Shown: piece by piece, positions 52,083-64,000 of the stretch | How the letters are laid out: each line of letters begins with the position of its first letter | Numbering within the stretch: the stretch's first letter is position 1 | Assembly (NCBI GenBank): GCA_043228905.1 | Contig: JBHGNT010000013.1 | Location: forward strand, 13,330,001-13,394,000 | Origin: Azolla caroliniana | Taxonomy: Eukaryota; Plantae; Polypodiophyta | DNA: 64,000 nt | Direction of reading: 5' to 3' | Made by a program: the position numbers and the translations under genes | The notes under the pieces: model-generated | Database searches by the model: none | What the model was told of the DNA's origin: nothing | What the model saw: the letters and a program-made list of their open reading frames with translations, nothing else

Positions 52083-52950
52083 ATGTGGAGGTCTTCTTCT
52101 TCTTCTTCTTCGTCTGCTGTTGCTGCTATCCGCTCCTCATGGCGTCTTCTCTCGCAGAGAAAAGAAGCCATGGCTTTGGCTTCTCTCCAAGTATGTATAT
52201 GATCTCCACATTTTCCCTTCCTGGGAGATTAATTTGCTTCTGAGAGAGAGAGAGAGAGATGGTAGCATCCACAAGGAGGCAATAGATAGATGCACATTGT
52301 AATTGTCCTCGTACCACAGATAGGATCTGTGGAACCAATAAGAGCGTACAAAAGGGTTCTAGGCATGAGACCCAACAGTAGTGTACAAAGCACGGTCGAG
52401 CTGTTTTCAGAGGTTTTATGCATTTACTAGAGAGAGAGAGAGAGAAAGAGAGAGAGTGAGTGATTTTGTGTTCATGCCTTTACTATCATACTATCAGGGC
52501 ACCATTCCACCTGGCACATCGTCATCTTCCATGGGTGTGAATAATCTTCAAAGAAGGTATATAAGAAGGGAGCCAATATCCCAAGCACAAAGGCAAGCCG
52601 AGATGGAAGAAGAGGCAAGGAGAGTAGATCTAGATCCAGCCAAATGCCTAAAGAAAGGTGACCCTGGAACAATGCAAGGTATAATAAAAGATGTTATACC
52701 TGTAGGATATTGGGTCACCTTACCTAGTGGTAGAGAAGGTTACCTTCCTGCCACTGATCTTGGTATCACGGGAGGAGTTGTGCTGTTAGAACGCCTCATG
52801 AAGGTTGGACAAGAGATTACAGTGAGAATTGATAGTATTGGCGGTGGTGGACGTGAAATATTATCGATGAAGAGGCCGGAGTGTGTCCCTGTTATTAATG
52901 ATCGATTTGGATTGGCAAATCTCTCGAGAAACTCGACAAGGAAACCATGA
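52083..52950 (+). CDS. Small single S1-domain (OB-fold) RNA-binding protein with mitochondrial-type presequence
   Basis: Exons 52083-52190 (MWRSSSSSSSSAVAAIRSSWRLLSQRKEAMALASLQ) and 52498-52950 join in phase 0 by GT-AG; S1 pattern QGIIKDVIPVGYWVTLPSGREGYLPATDL..KVGQEITVRIDSI..EILSMK. Confidence 0.8.
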
Positions 52951-54189
52951 TCTCTTTATGTAAAGAAAATGGCACATTTATTCTCTTTCAATAGGTAGGT
53001 ATGAATATGTGGCATTCTAACAAAAGACAGTGGTTTTTATGAAGTATTATATTTATATTTTGTTGTGCAATACACTTTTGTGAAATCATGTGTGGCTCCT
53101 TTAATGAAGAAGACATATATGTAGCTGTGATGACACACAGAATTTTGAACTTATATACATTGATTTTAATTAGGTTTTGCAATGTATTTATTGTGAAGCT
53201 ATGTGTGGCTGTGTAACAAGAGATATTGGTTTTATGATGCAGCTGCGATGCTATGGCGAAATTCCCACATATGTAATGTTGATGTCAATTTGTTTGTGCA
53301 ATGCATGTTTCAGTTAAAATAATAATTCTCTTGAAAACAAGGTCTGTGCTATTGGTTCATATCTTACTATGTGTTGTATTGGACACTGCAACAAGAGATA
53401 CATGAAATATGTGGTTTACTAACAGGAGAGATTGTTTTATGTTTTGATTTCTTGAGAGGTTGTGCAATGCAATTTGCGAAGTCAAAAATCATTCTCTCCG
53501 TTACAATTTAATTCTGCAATCTGGTTGTTTTAGCATAGTAGATGATTTTGCCTTGTATGGATCAATGCTGCATGCACATGCATGCAAGGTAAAATTCATT
53601 ATGTGGTTAAGTTATTTGCTAGAAGTCTGTGAAGCAAATAACTTGCAGAAAATCAGTGGTTGTGCCAATCTGATGGTAAGGTATTTTGGTACCCCCAACC
53701 CAATTCAAGGAATTATCCATAAGGAAGCATTCATATAGAATTAATGGAGTCTTAGTAGCAAACATGAACAATAGAATTAACATGTCTGGACTACAAAAAT
53801 AATTTGATGCAATATGTACTCATCCAAAACAGGATGGTCATGTTATTGTTGGAAAGGCAAAAGTAGATGAATTATTCAAAAAGACCTATCAACAAGGAAG
53901 CATTCTAGAAGCAAATTAATGGAATTTTGTGGCAAACAAGAGCAAGAACGTCTTATTCATTAGACCATGGATGCTGACTCTCTCTCTCTCTCTCTCAATT
54001 GTATGTTATGAAAGTTGACTAATTATGACAACATTATAGATGTCGTTGGAAATCATTTATTTATACTTATGACAAAAACCTCTCAATGAATTCCATTAAT
54101 AACATTTGACTTACTAGTCTAGTATGATGTAAATATTGGATGATGCTTGAAACCTTTTGGTACATTCCTTTTCATATTTGAGTTACGTT

Positions 54190-54440
54190 CCATGAAGAGA
54201 GACTCACTCGATGTTATACATAAAAAATATGACAAAGAAAGTAGGAAATATGAGGAAATACGGCTATGAGCCTTAGGAAACATTATCCTTCCCAATATTC
54301 TTTCTTGTTAGCTGCGTTACCAATCTCCACTACCACAAGCTCAAAAATGTGTGCTCCATTTGAGCCTCTAATTTCGACATAGTGGAGGTAATAGGACTAT
54401 GTCTTCTACATCAATCGGCCCACAAGCTCACATTGAGGAT
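54190..54440 (-). pseudogene. Inverted diverged copy of ALG14 last codons and 3' UTR
   Basis: Reverse complement tgtgagcttgtgggccgattgatgtagaagac..agtcctattacctccactatgtc matches 49971-50030; similarity continues through gaaagaatattgggaaggataatgtttcctaa. Confidence 0.85.
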
Positions 54441-54639
54441 CTACTGTAGATCTTTGCAATGTCATAGTTGAGCTCATTGGTGTAGCCCTTCATTGACTTG
54501 TAGCATGAGTACAAGTGATGGAGCTAAAGAAAGTTGTGATTGTTCTTTGTTTATAAGCTTGTGTGGTTGTACCATTGTCCTTCAACTACTTCTTTTTTGT
54601 GTCTCTTGAGTTCTAGCAAGAAAAGCCTAGGCACCATTG

Positions 54640-55110
54640 GTTTTGTCATATTCCATTACCTATTGGAATTGATATTCGCTTAGCGGGCAATTTCGTTGGT
54701 GAGTAGTTTAGCTTGACGTTCCAGATTTGTATAAGTGAGAATTTAGATTACCTTGACTTGTCCTATTTCTAGAAGGGTGAATGATAAATTGCCAAATATA
54801 CCATAGTTTTCCTAGAATTTAACTATTTCTATGAGTGAGATTCAACCTGGTTAGCTTATCTCGAATTTTGTTCTTTGTATTCGTGACATAATGAATTATC
54901 AAGTACACCTTAGTGTCTTAGTGAGGTGTTGTTTCTTTAGCTTGGTGGACACTCGATGGTAATAGTGAGCTTCCCTTGACAATAACTAGATACCAAATTT
55001 TTATCTCCTCCTTTGTGGATTGGTTTAATCCAATTCATGAGCCAATCTTGTGAAAAACCTTGCGTGCTACCTTGATCCATGATAGTTACTATCCATTGGT
55101 GAGCTTGTGA
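54640..55110 (-). mobile_element. Decayed LINE remnant
   Basis: QGFSQDWLMNWIKPIHKGGDKNLVSSY resembles the WxxxxIxPIxKxGDxxxxxNYR motif at the start of LINE RT. Confidence 0.6.
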
Positions 55111-56577
55111 AAAAACTAAAATAGACCCATGCATTATATGGTGTTTCCATACTCGATATCATAGGCATTATCCTATCATGCATATAAAGCATATGTACAC
55201 ATTGTTCCATCTCTTCATCAATGAATTCGCCCATTATATCTTCTTTCCCTCCCTATTATATCTTGTTTCCCATTTTGATAAGCAAGAGGTGAGAATGATG
55301 AATTTCGATGTATCCCAAGTGTTGGCTCTTGGGTGAAATTTTCAATTTCACTTATTCTTACAGGGTAAATCTGACTTAACTGTTTCAATGATCGCGAATT
55401 CTGAATTTCGCATAATATCCAAGTGTTAATTCTTGGGGACATTTCTTCACATTTTGTTTTGCTTTTGCCTACAAGGTAAACCTCTCTAAAGTGCAAGCTT
55501 AATGGTGAACTGAGTTTCTCTTGATTTTTCCGTTTGATTCTCAGTGAGATTTTTCATTTCTGATCAAGAATACCTAATCTGAACGTGCAGGCTGTATGCC
55601 TATAATGATGGCTTGCATTTCTGAGCTCATTGTATGTGAGAGGATGATGAATTGCTAATATACCCTAAAGTTTTTTCAAGTTGAGTTTTTTTTGCTTGTG
55701 CTTATAAAGTGCATGTCCTGTGGTTATCAAGTGATGGATTGCATTTCTAAGCTATTTATATGCAAGAGAATAAAGAATTTCCATGTATACCCTGCGATGA
55801 TTAGTCGTCAGAAAGGTGTAAAAATCTTTTACATAACTATTCAAAAGCGTGTCATCTATTGTGATGTAAGTATGGGTGTTCCATGCGAATTTTCGTATTA
55901 GGTTGTTGTAAGGTCAATTGCATTATGTTGGTTTTATACGTGACAAGTATTTAAATTCTGGCTTAGGGGGGTTTTTGATTGTCTTCCAAATTTCTCAATG
56001 AAATTCTGATATAGAACATTTTCTGCCCTTTTTACATGACATTTCCGAATGATACCAAAAAACTTATATTTGCGTGTCTAACCATATAGAAATGGTATCA
56101 AAGTGTTGATTTCCAGAGACATCAAGATGTTATCCAAAATATTGCTCTGTTCCTCTAAATTTGGGCAAAATCCATGTCTGTTTTGCTACCAAGTTGGCTT
56201 ATCTGGTGAAAGGAGACACTATTAAGTTGTCCAAAATATTACGTAGTTCCTCAATTGAATCCAAATTTGGGCCAAATTCATGGACCGTCTTCATGCCAAA
56301 TTGGGTTTTCTTGAGAAAGGATCAAGTAACTTTCGAAACCACTCTGCTGTATGCCAAAGCAGATAATGTATTATGGCAATGAAAAACCATATTTGATGAC
56401 ATTCTATTCAGAGAATGTAAATATGTATGAGTTTCCATGAAGATTAAAGAAAATATCACATTTGTGAGTATTCTATACACTATAGCTGTTTGATCCTTGC
56501 TATAATCTGATTGTAAAATGTCTAGAAGTCCATACATTCATTTGAACAAATGTACATACATACATACATATATGTAT

Positions 56578-56608
<31 letters not shown>

Positions 56609-56825
56609 TATATATATGTATGTATGTATAGGATACCAATCATGACCAGAGAGCTGTGAAGATCAGGAGAGATTTTTTCTCGAGATATAGTTTTTATTTC
56701 TTAAACATAATGCTCACACCACACGGGTTACAAAATGAAGTTGTCTCTTGCAAGCTTCCTCGTTCATTGCTAATAAAACATTCACATTTCTATCCCTTCT
56801 ATTAAATCATCACTCTTGATTTTAG

Positions 56826-58330
56826 GAATGGTGGTACATGGCCGTGATATAACATTGCAGGTTACCGTGGATGATATGCTTTTGCACTGTTACGCTGTAG
56901 CTACAGGTGCAAGTCAACCCCTTCTTATCGGTGAACTTAAAATTCCCTTTGGAAGCTACGGGAGAAGCTCTTCACAGGTTGCTTAGAAAGAAAATGAACT
57001 TAAAATTGTATACTTTGAAGAATTATAGATTTAACTGATGAGTCTATATTATGGTGAAGGAAATAAACCATAATTTGCACTGGTTCGTTTAAACTTGATA
57101 CAATTTGGTCATTGTTCAGTAGTTCAAAAAAATTTGTATACATCACATGTACTACTTACGTACCTAGCATTGATTTTGATGATTTACTATTACAGGCAGT
57201 AGAAAGTGCTGAAAGAGGGTGGAATGAACAGGAATATAACATACCTAGTTAGGCTTATTTTTAGCTATATATGATTATTACACATTGTGTGTTTGATTCC
57301 AATTCTCTTCTCAATAGACTGAGATTGTATTTCCTGTATAGAACATGGCATTCATGCATTAAAACTAAAAAGAAACTACTTTTCCTTAGTCTCACCATCT
57401 TTTTTTTGTTGTGTTTCATCAACCATCGCAGCGTCCAACCGATACTCTTTGCTTTTGAATCACATCATATATTCTGTGTAATGAATATTTCTACATTCAG
57501 TAAAAGAAAACATAGTCAACAAAATCAAGTTTTGTTTTTCTTCAAATGAAGATCTAATGATGCCTTTACCCGGGCCAAGGTCACGTTAATCCACGCATGA
57601 ACCTAGCCAAGAAATTGGCATCTCGTTAGGTGACCATAACATTCATCAAGAGCCAATTCATCCTTGATTGCCTGATGAAGATGTGCACGCGATGGCTGCA
57701 AAATATTGTGGACACACATTCGTTCTTGGGCATGATGTCATACCCAAAAGGATGATAGGGGAGAATGATGGACCACAAGTTCATGAGTCCAGTGACCACA
57801 TCATCCATGACATAACCAGACACTACGAGGCCCTCCTCCAGCACAATACCTCCCACCTTCAATTTGCGTTTTATTTGTTTGGCTTGCAGGTTTTAGTCTA
57901 CGATGACTTGCTTGGTACGATGCAACCAACATCCACACTGCATGAAGTAAGTCGAAAATTTTATTACCCTTGGGATTTTGCATATATGAAAAGACGTTAT
58001 AGATCACCGACAATTTAATTCATTTTAGTTAAATCATTTATGTAATTCTTTACATTAACCATTGACCTGATCATTTTTACAGGTTACATCTAAGTTTTGT
58101 AAGCAATATGCCCAGGTCGGCAAGGCAATAAACGAAGCTTTGGTTGCATATAGAGATGATGTGGCATCTCACTCTTTTCCTTAATGCCGCTTTTTCGCCT
58201 TACAAAAATCTAACCAGAAAGAGGTAGAATCATTTTTGAAGCAAACTCAAGGGTAAGGGTTTATCTAATGCAGCCCAAAGCTGCATCAGCATGTGCGGTT
58301 GCAAGGGATAATGTAAATGAGGCATGTCAT
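56826..58330 (+). pseudogene. panB: Ketopantoate hydroxymethyltransferase (panB/KPHMT) unprocessed pseudogene
   Basis: Exon remnants 56826-56977 (MVVHGRDITLQVTVDDMLLHCYAVATGASQPLLIGEL..PFGSY), 57196-~57230 (AVESA..KEGGM with deletion), 57890-57946 (VLVYDDLLGTMQ), 58083-~58330 ([29 protein letters not shown] then frameshift). Middle exons not found. Confidence 0.85.
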
Positions 58331-58911
58331 CACAAAAGGATGAATTATTTGCTCTTAAAATTTCACTTACTCAAACCAAATGGTGAGATTAAAAGATCAT
58401 ATAAAGGTCCAAACCATGCTTCTTTTAAGGTATCAAATCCATTCCTGTGTCAATGAGAGATAAAGACCTCCATCCCTGGACAATAGACATCTTACAACAA
58501 TAAGTGGTCTTTTCGATAAGTTGGAAAAACAAAATGGTTTTATTGACATTTGATGTTTGTTTTGGGTGTCAAGAGTTGCTGGAGAGAGGAATGAAAAAAA
58601 GAGAATCATTGTTGTGCATACTTTTTTTATTTCTATGTGTCAACTTTTAAAGAGTAGAGCCTCTTTTGTATTGAATCATGGACAATATTTTTGACATAGT
58701 AAATAGCCCATCTACTAGAGCTATTTTGTTATGTAAAAATATGCTGGAAAGGCAATCTTTTATTATGTTAGCTATGATCTTAGCTATGCAGTTACAATAC
58801 ACTAAATTATTTGAGTTTTCACCATAAACCTCTCTTCATATTTTATTACTTATTCTATATATATCGTGGGGGAAATTATAAAGAAAATGGGAATGCCTCT
58901 CATACTTACAT

Positions 58912-59169
58912 TAGGAATCGGCAATGGTTTGGTTTCAACTTAATTGGTTTGGCCTTAACCAGTTTAGGAGTTTTCAAACATTAACTGAAGCAATCCCTAA
59001 ACTAGTTTGGCTAAACTGATTATGCATTAACCAATTTGACAAGGCTCGAGCTGAACTGAACCAAGCTTAAACCAGTTAAGGAAGCTCAAGCTTGAACCGA
59101 ATTGCCAAACTGCTTTAAAACGGTTTAATGGCTCGGTTCTGGTTTGAGCCGAGCCATTATTGACTCCTA
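58912..59169. mobile_element. hAT-type MITE
   Basis: Imperfect TIRs taggaatcggcaatgg / ccattattgactccta; partial 8-bp TSD acttacat / acttaata; internal aacc/ggtt motifs. Confidence 0.65.
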
Positions 59170-61969
59170 ACTTAATATTATAAAGAAAATACAAATGCCT
59201 CCTTGTTTCTCATGTATCAATTCATGTTCAATCTGTTATTTTGCATATTGATGTATGCTTTGTTCGCACAACTTCTATTATTGATATGTTCTTCATGAAC
59301 TCCCCATTTTCTAGCTACTTAATATCAATATGTTGACCATATGGTCTTTTTTTGGTGACTCATCCACATGCATGTGTTAAATAATCAACTATTCATAGTT
59401 TTGTAGATCTAATGGTTGCTTTCTTGGTAAAAGTGAGTTATTTCGTTTGTGAGGTTTTTCACCAAAAAACCTTTGAATGGTGCATCTGAGTTTTTGCCTT
59501 TCCTAACAAATATTCATGATGTGTGTTACAACTCTCACTTTTATAAGGATGTTATTCTTGTTGCTTGGCCACATCTACAAGCAATGATGGATCATGGATA
59601 GAGGTTAACTTGACTTGGGCTTAGTATAGAAAATTTTAGGAACAAGCATATTTGTTCACTACATTATTACAACATGTTTTTTGTATCTAAACCATAGAAA
59701 AGTAACCGACATGAAGTCATCATTCTTGTCTCTATTGAAAATGATAAGCTTTACAATTAGGGAGAGCCATCCATCCCTTGTTTAATATTTGAGTGAACCA
59801 CACACACACACACATGTATATCCCCATAAAGCATTTTGCCTCTTCTTTGCCCATATATATGATAAAAGAATCCGAATAAAGGCTCACCTACTTTACAAAA
59901 TGTAGAGTTTTTTTAAAGGAAAAAGCTGATCATTATTTCACATAGGTTTTAGAATAAGTTTATGATTTTACAAGACATGGTTAGCTTATTGATTGACGAA
60001 TAATCAATTGATGCTAATAAGTTAATCACTTGATCAAGTAGATAATATAGAACTAAAAATTGCATGTGCCAATTTACGTGACAAGCAAAATCTACGGTGA
60101 TGACTATGTAGATTTTCATCCCGCCCGTATATATTGTGGGTTGGTTGTCATGTCATCAAAACAACCTAGAGTAGGTGAAGATTCATAATGTAGACATTCA
60201 TACGAAGTTTATATTAAGTCCATTAATAAATGTTCATTGATGCCACTACCAATGCAATCTGACTTAAACACTCGACTTCTTTTGCTTGAGTTATTTTAAC
60301 AAAGCTGGATTACCTAGGTTTTGGTTATGTTCATGACATTCAAGGATAGTCACATTGCAATTACGTACTAAGAGAGGAAGAAAAATATACGTCAAGCTGA
60401 TTTGAATCACAATGTCATAGACTTTGTCATTCTATCATTTGAAACAAGTAATACGAGGAGCTTTTAACTTGATGACTTAGAGAGGTGTAAGGACTCAAAA
60501 CCATCCCCTATTTCTTTGCTAACAACTTTTGTTTTATATTTTATGGGGGATGTATCATATTAGCAATGGAGAATCTAAAAAGTGGGCCAGTTTCCGTTCA
60601 CACGCATGCACCACCCGCACCTGGATACTTTTTTGGCGACATATGTACTTGATATCATGAGTGGGAAACCTTGACGCAAGCGATGGTAAACCGCAAGAAA
60701 AAACAGAATAGTTCACAAACACACACGTGGGCTAGAGGTGTTAGAGAAATGCAACGTAAAACAAACGTCAATATTGGAGAGATAATGACCAGAGGATAGT
60801 ATTGACAATCCGATCTGAGACACAACCAAAGTTGCATCCACCCATACAAACCATACACATTACATACATACATACAATACATAGATTACATACATACATA
60901 CATGCATTACATTGCATACATCACATACATTACATACATAGAACATAATATTCGTGTTCGAGCAAGCATTCAAACGTTTGGAAACGAACACGTTTGAAAT
61001 GGGAAAAATATGTACTCTTTTTTTTACATTTTTTTCATTTACTCTCATTATAAGTTTGTTCATCCTAGTGGTAAGGAGTCATGTCTATCTTATGTCTTGG
61101 GTTTGATTCCCAAAATTCTCATATCTTTCTCTCTAATTGGTACCATGTCATAACAACATTTTATCTTGATGTTATAATACTTTTTTTCTTTTACACTTTT
61201 ATTATTAGAACTAAGCACAACCTAGTGGTAAGTTGCTATACAACTATTACTTGTGTCTTGGGTTCAATTCCCAACTTTCTCATATCCTCTTGTTAATGTC
61301 ATGGCAAAATTTTATGTTAGTGTCATGTTTCTTTTTCTTCTTTTTCTTTCTTTCTTTGTTATTAGAAATTAGCTCACCTGAGTGGTAAGTTGTTATGCTA
61401 CTACTACTTATGTCATGTTTTCTTCATATTCTCGAATATAAGTTTTATGAGTTTTTGAACGTTTGATTATAATTTATATTGACATGTTTTGATTCAATCT
61501 CTATAGTTCATACTCATTTTTTTGTAAAGTTTTAAAGCGAGGATGATAGAGATGTCTTGATTCGCATCCCAAAAGTATGCATGTGATACAATGCAAATAT
61601 TGCAACCATACTTATGTTGGTGGTTCACAATGGATTATTAGAGTCCACTTATTGGGATTGAGAGAGTGAATCAATATATAATATGGACCCTAGTCAATTC
61701 AATCCAACGTTGAGATGATTTATCATACACGTTTGTTTGAATCATACGCGAATGCAAATGCACGTATGATACGTATGGTTCATTCTATGATTACATACAT
61801 ACATGATACAATACATACATTACATGCACATTTGCATATAATACATAGATTAAATAGATTACATACATACATACATACATAGATTACACACGTGTGTAGC
61901 CATTCAAAATTATACGTTCTCACGTGTGTGTGTGTGAAAGGAATTTGTGCTCTTTCGTTCGTACTGATC

Positions 61970-62092
<123 letters not shown>

Positions 62093-62152
62093 CGGCTTCA
62101 TTCTCTGACAGAGAGCCACTACAGCTTCTTGCCTCTTCTTCCCCCCATCGCG

Positions 62153-62240
62153 ATGACGGCCGAGAAGGACAGAGAAACTCAGGTCTATCTAGCAAAGCTC
62201 GCCGAACAGGCAGAACGCTATGAAGGTATAAGTAAAAGCT

Positions 62241-62287
<47 letters not shown>

Positions 62288-63762
62288 CCTCCCCCTCTCC
62301 TTGTTCTTCTTTCGATTTCGTAGATCTTGTCATGTCCCCGTCTCGTTTTTTCCGCATCCCTTTCCGTAATCCTCCATTCCTGCATCTTTCTCCGCAGAGA
62401 TGGTGGATTTCATGAAGAATGTGGCCAAGCTTGAAGTGGAGCTTACTGTTGAAGAAAGAAACTTGCTCTCTGTTGGCTACAAGAATGTTATCGGTGCTCG
62501 CCGTGCTTCTTGGAGGATATTGTCTTCCATCGAACAGAAAGAAGAGAGCAAAGGAAACGAACAACACGTGAAACAGATCAGGGAGTACAGAAAGAAAGTC
62601 GAGGGGGAACTTACTGATATCTGTAATGATATTCTGGCTGTGATAGATCAACATCTTTTACCTTCTTCAAGCTCTGGAGAATTTGCTGTCTTCTATCATA
62701 AGATGTATGCTCCATTTTATTCATTTATTGCATTTCTGTGCATGGTTTTTCGCCTTCATCCGAAGATATATGCTCAGATTTGTTTTATCAGAGGATAAAT
62801 GTTCGTTTTTACTCATATATATTGTTCAGATTTTCCTGCATTGTAAGTTGTATGTTCCGTTTTTATAGAAATACCATCCTTTTATATTACAAGATGTATG
62901 TTGCAGTTGACTTTTAGCATAAGATATATGTTCATTTTTTTGTCGTGTCATAAGATGCAAGGTGATTTTTATAACGTTTGTGCTCATTTTATTGTTGTTA
63001 TAAAGTGCATATTCAATTTCTGTTATCATAAAATGTATGTTTACGTTTTGTTTTAGCTTCGTCTTCTTTACCATAAGATCTGTTCACAAAGTTTTGATAT
63101 TTAGTTGATGGACATTTGGGCAATGATTTTGTATGCCCGATTTGTTTTTGTTACATTGTGACATTCATCCGTACTTTGTTTAGTTTCCGTATTTGGTTCT
63201 TCTTCTTCTTTAACGTGAATGAGATCTGCTCACGAATTTTTGGTATTTACTTCATAGACATATAGACAATGATTTCGTTGCCCAGTTTTTTAGTTATGAT
63301 TGTCTGTGAGGAATGTATACATACCATCGTGGTTGTTTAAGCATAGGTAGTTTCAATGATTTGTTATCCAAGTATACATATTGTAATATCATACAATACA
63401 TACTATACACTTTTATTTTCTCCTTATGTTTCAGTTTCCAAGGTTTGATATCCACATTATAGAGATAATTGCTAATAATGACGGTCCATCCAGACAACTT
63501 ATTTGCTCAAACAGGGATAATGTCAAGGATATGTTATCTGAGTTTTAATATCTTGTGCAATATGAAATAGCCATCTTAATACAGAAAGTTGTCAATGATT
63601 TGTTATCCAAGTTTTGTAATTTCCAGTGATGTTTATTTGTTCTTGATGTGCCTTTCTATTCTTTAATGTTCCAGGAAAGGGGATTATTCCCGATATCTAG
63701 CAGAGTTCAAAACAGGAGATGAAAGGAAAGTGGTTGCAGATCAATCTTTGGCTTCTTACCAG
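62153..63762 (+). CDS. GRF: 14-3-3 protein (general regulatory factor, epsilon-like exon structure), continues beyond window
   Basis: Exons 62153-62225, 62398-62704, 63675-63762; [55 protein letters not shown]. Confidence 0.96.
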
Positions 63763-64000
63763 GTAAGCTTCTGATAGTTCACAGTAGTACTACTATCGAG
63801 TATAACGACGTGCTCACAGCATTTGGATGATTAGTCAAGCTAGGGATATCCATTTAAGGTTTCCATATTATTATCACAAGTATTGATGTATCTTCTGAAT
63901 CACTTTTTTTAATTATTTCTGTTTATAGCAATTTGGAGTCCTAGATATACAAGGGTTGAGATATTGGTGCCCCTCCAGAGATTAAAACTAAATAATACTT

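Overview
Plant nuclear DNA, most plausibly from a seed-free vascular plant such as a fern (inference from the TE families and gene style). The first ~23 kb is a nested retroelement cluster: a decayed Ty1/copia 3' half, the 3' part of an RTE-X/L2-like LINE ORF2, and a decayed plus-strand Ty3/gypsy chromovirus interrupted by two minus-strand LTR elements. One is a full-length tRNA-Trp-primed gypsy element (5281-12573). The other is a non-autonomous relative (16676-21478) with a truncated gag and a long acidic repeat ORF. Both sit in an ACGT site with a 4-bp TSD and share termini, PBS, a U5 motif and a 26-nt pre-PPT hairpin/peptide block. This apparently ACGT-targeting autonomous/non-autonomous pair is the most striking system here. 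The remaining ~40 kb is gene-rich: GSK3/SHAGGY-like kinase (+), a CRR9-like plastid protein (-), rhamnogalacturonan lyase (-), ALG14 (+), a likely mitochondrial single-S1-domain protein (+), an inverted ALG14 3' fragment, a panB/KPHMT pseudogene (+) and the 5' part of a 14-3-3 gene (+). Introns carry many short tandem duplications, including amplified exon/5' splice-site junctions in two genes. All calls are by eye; no database searches were run.
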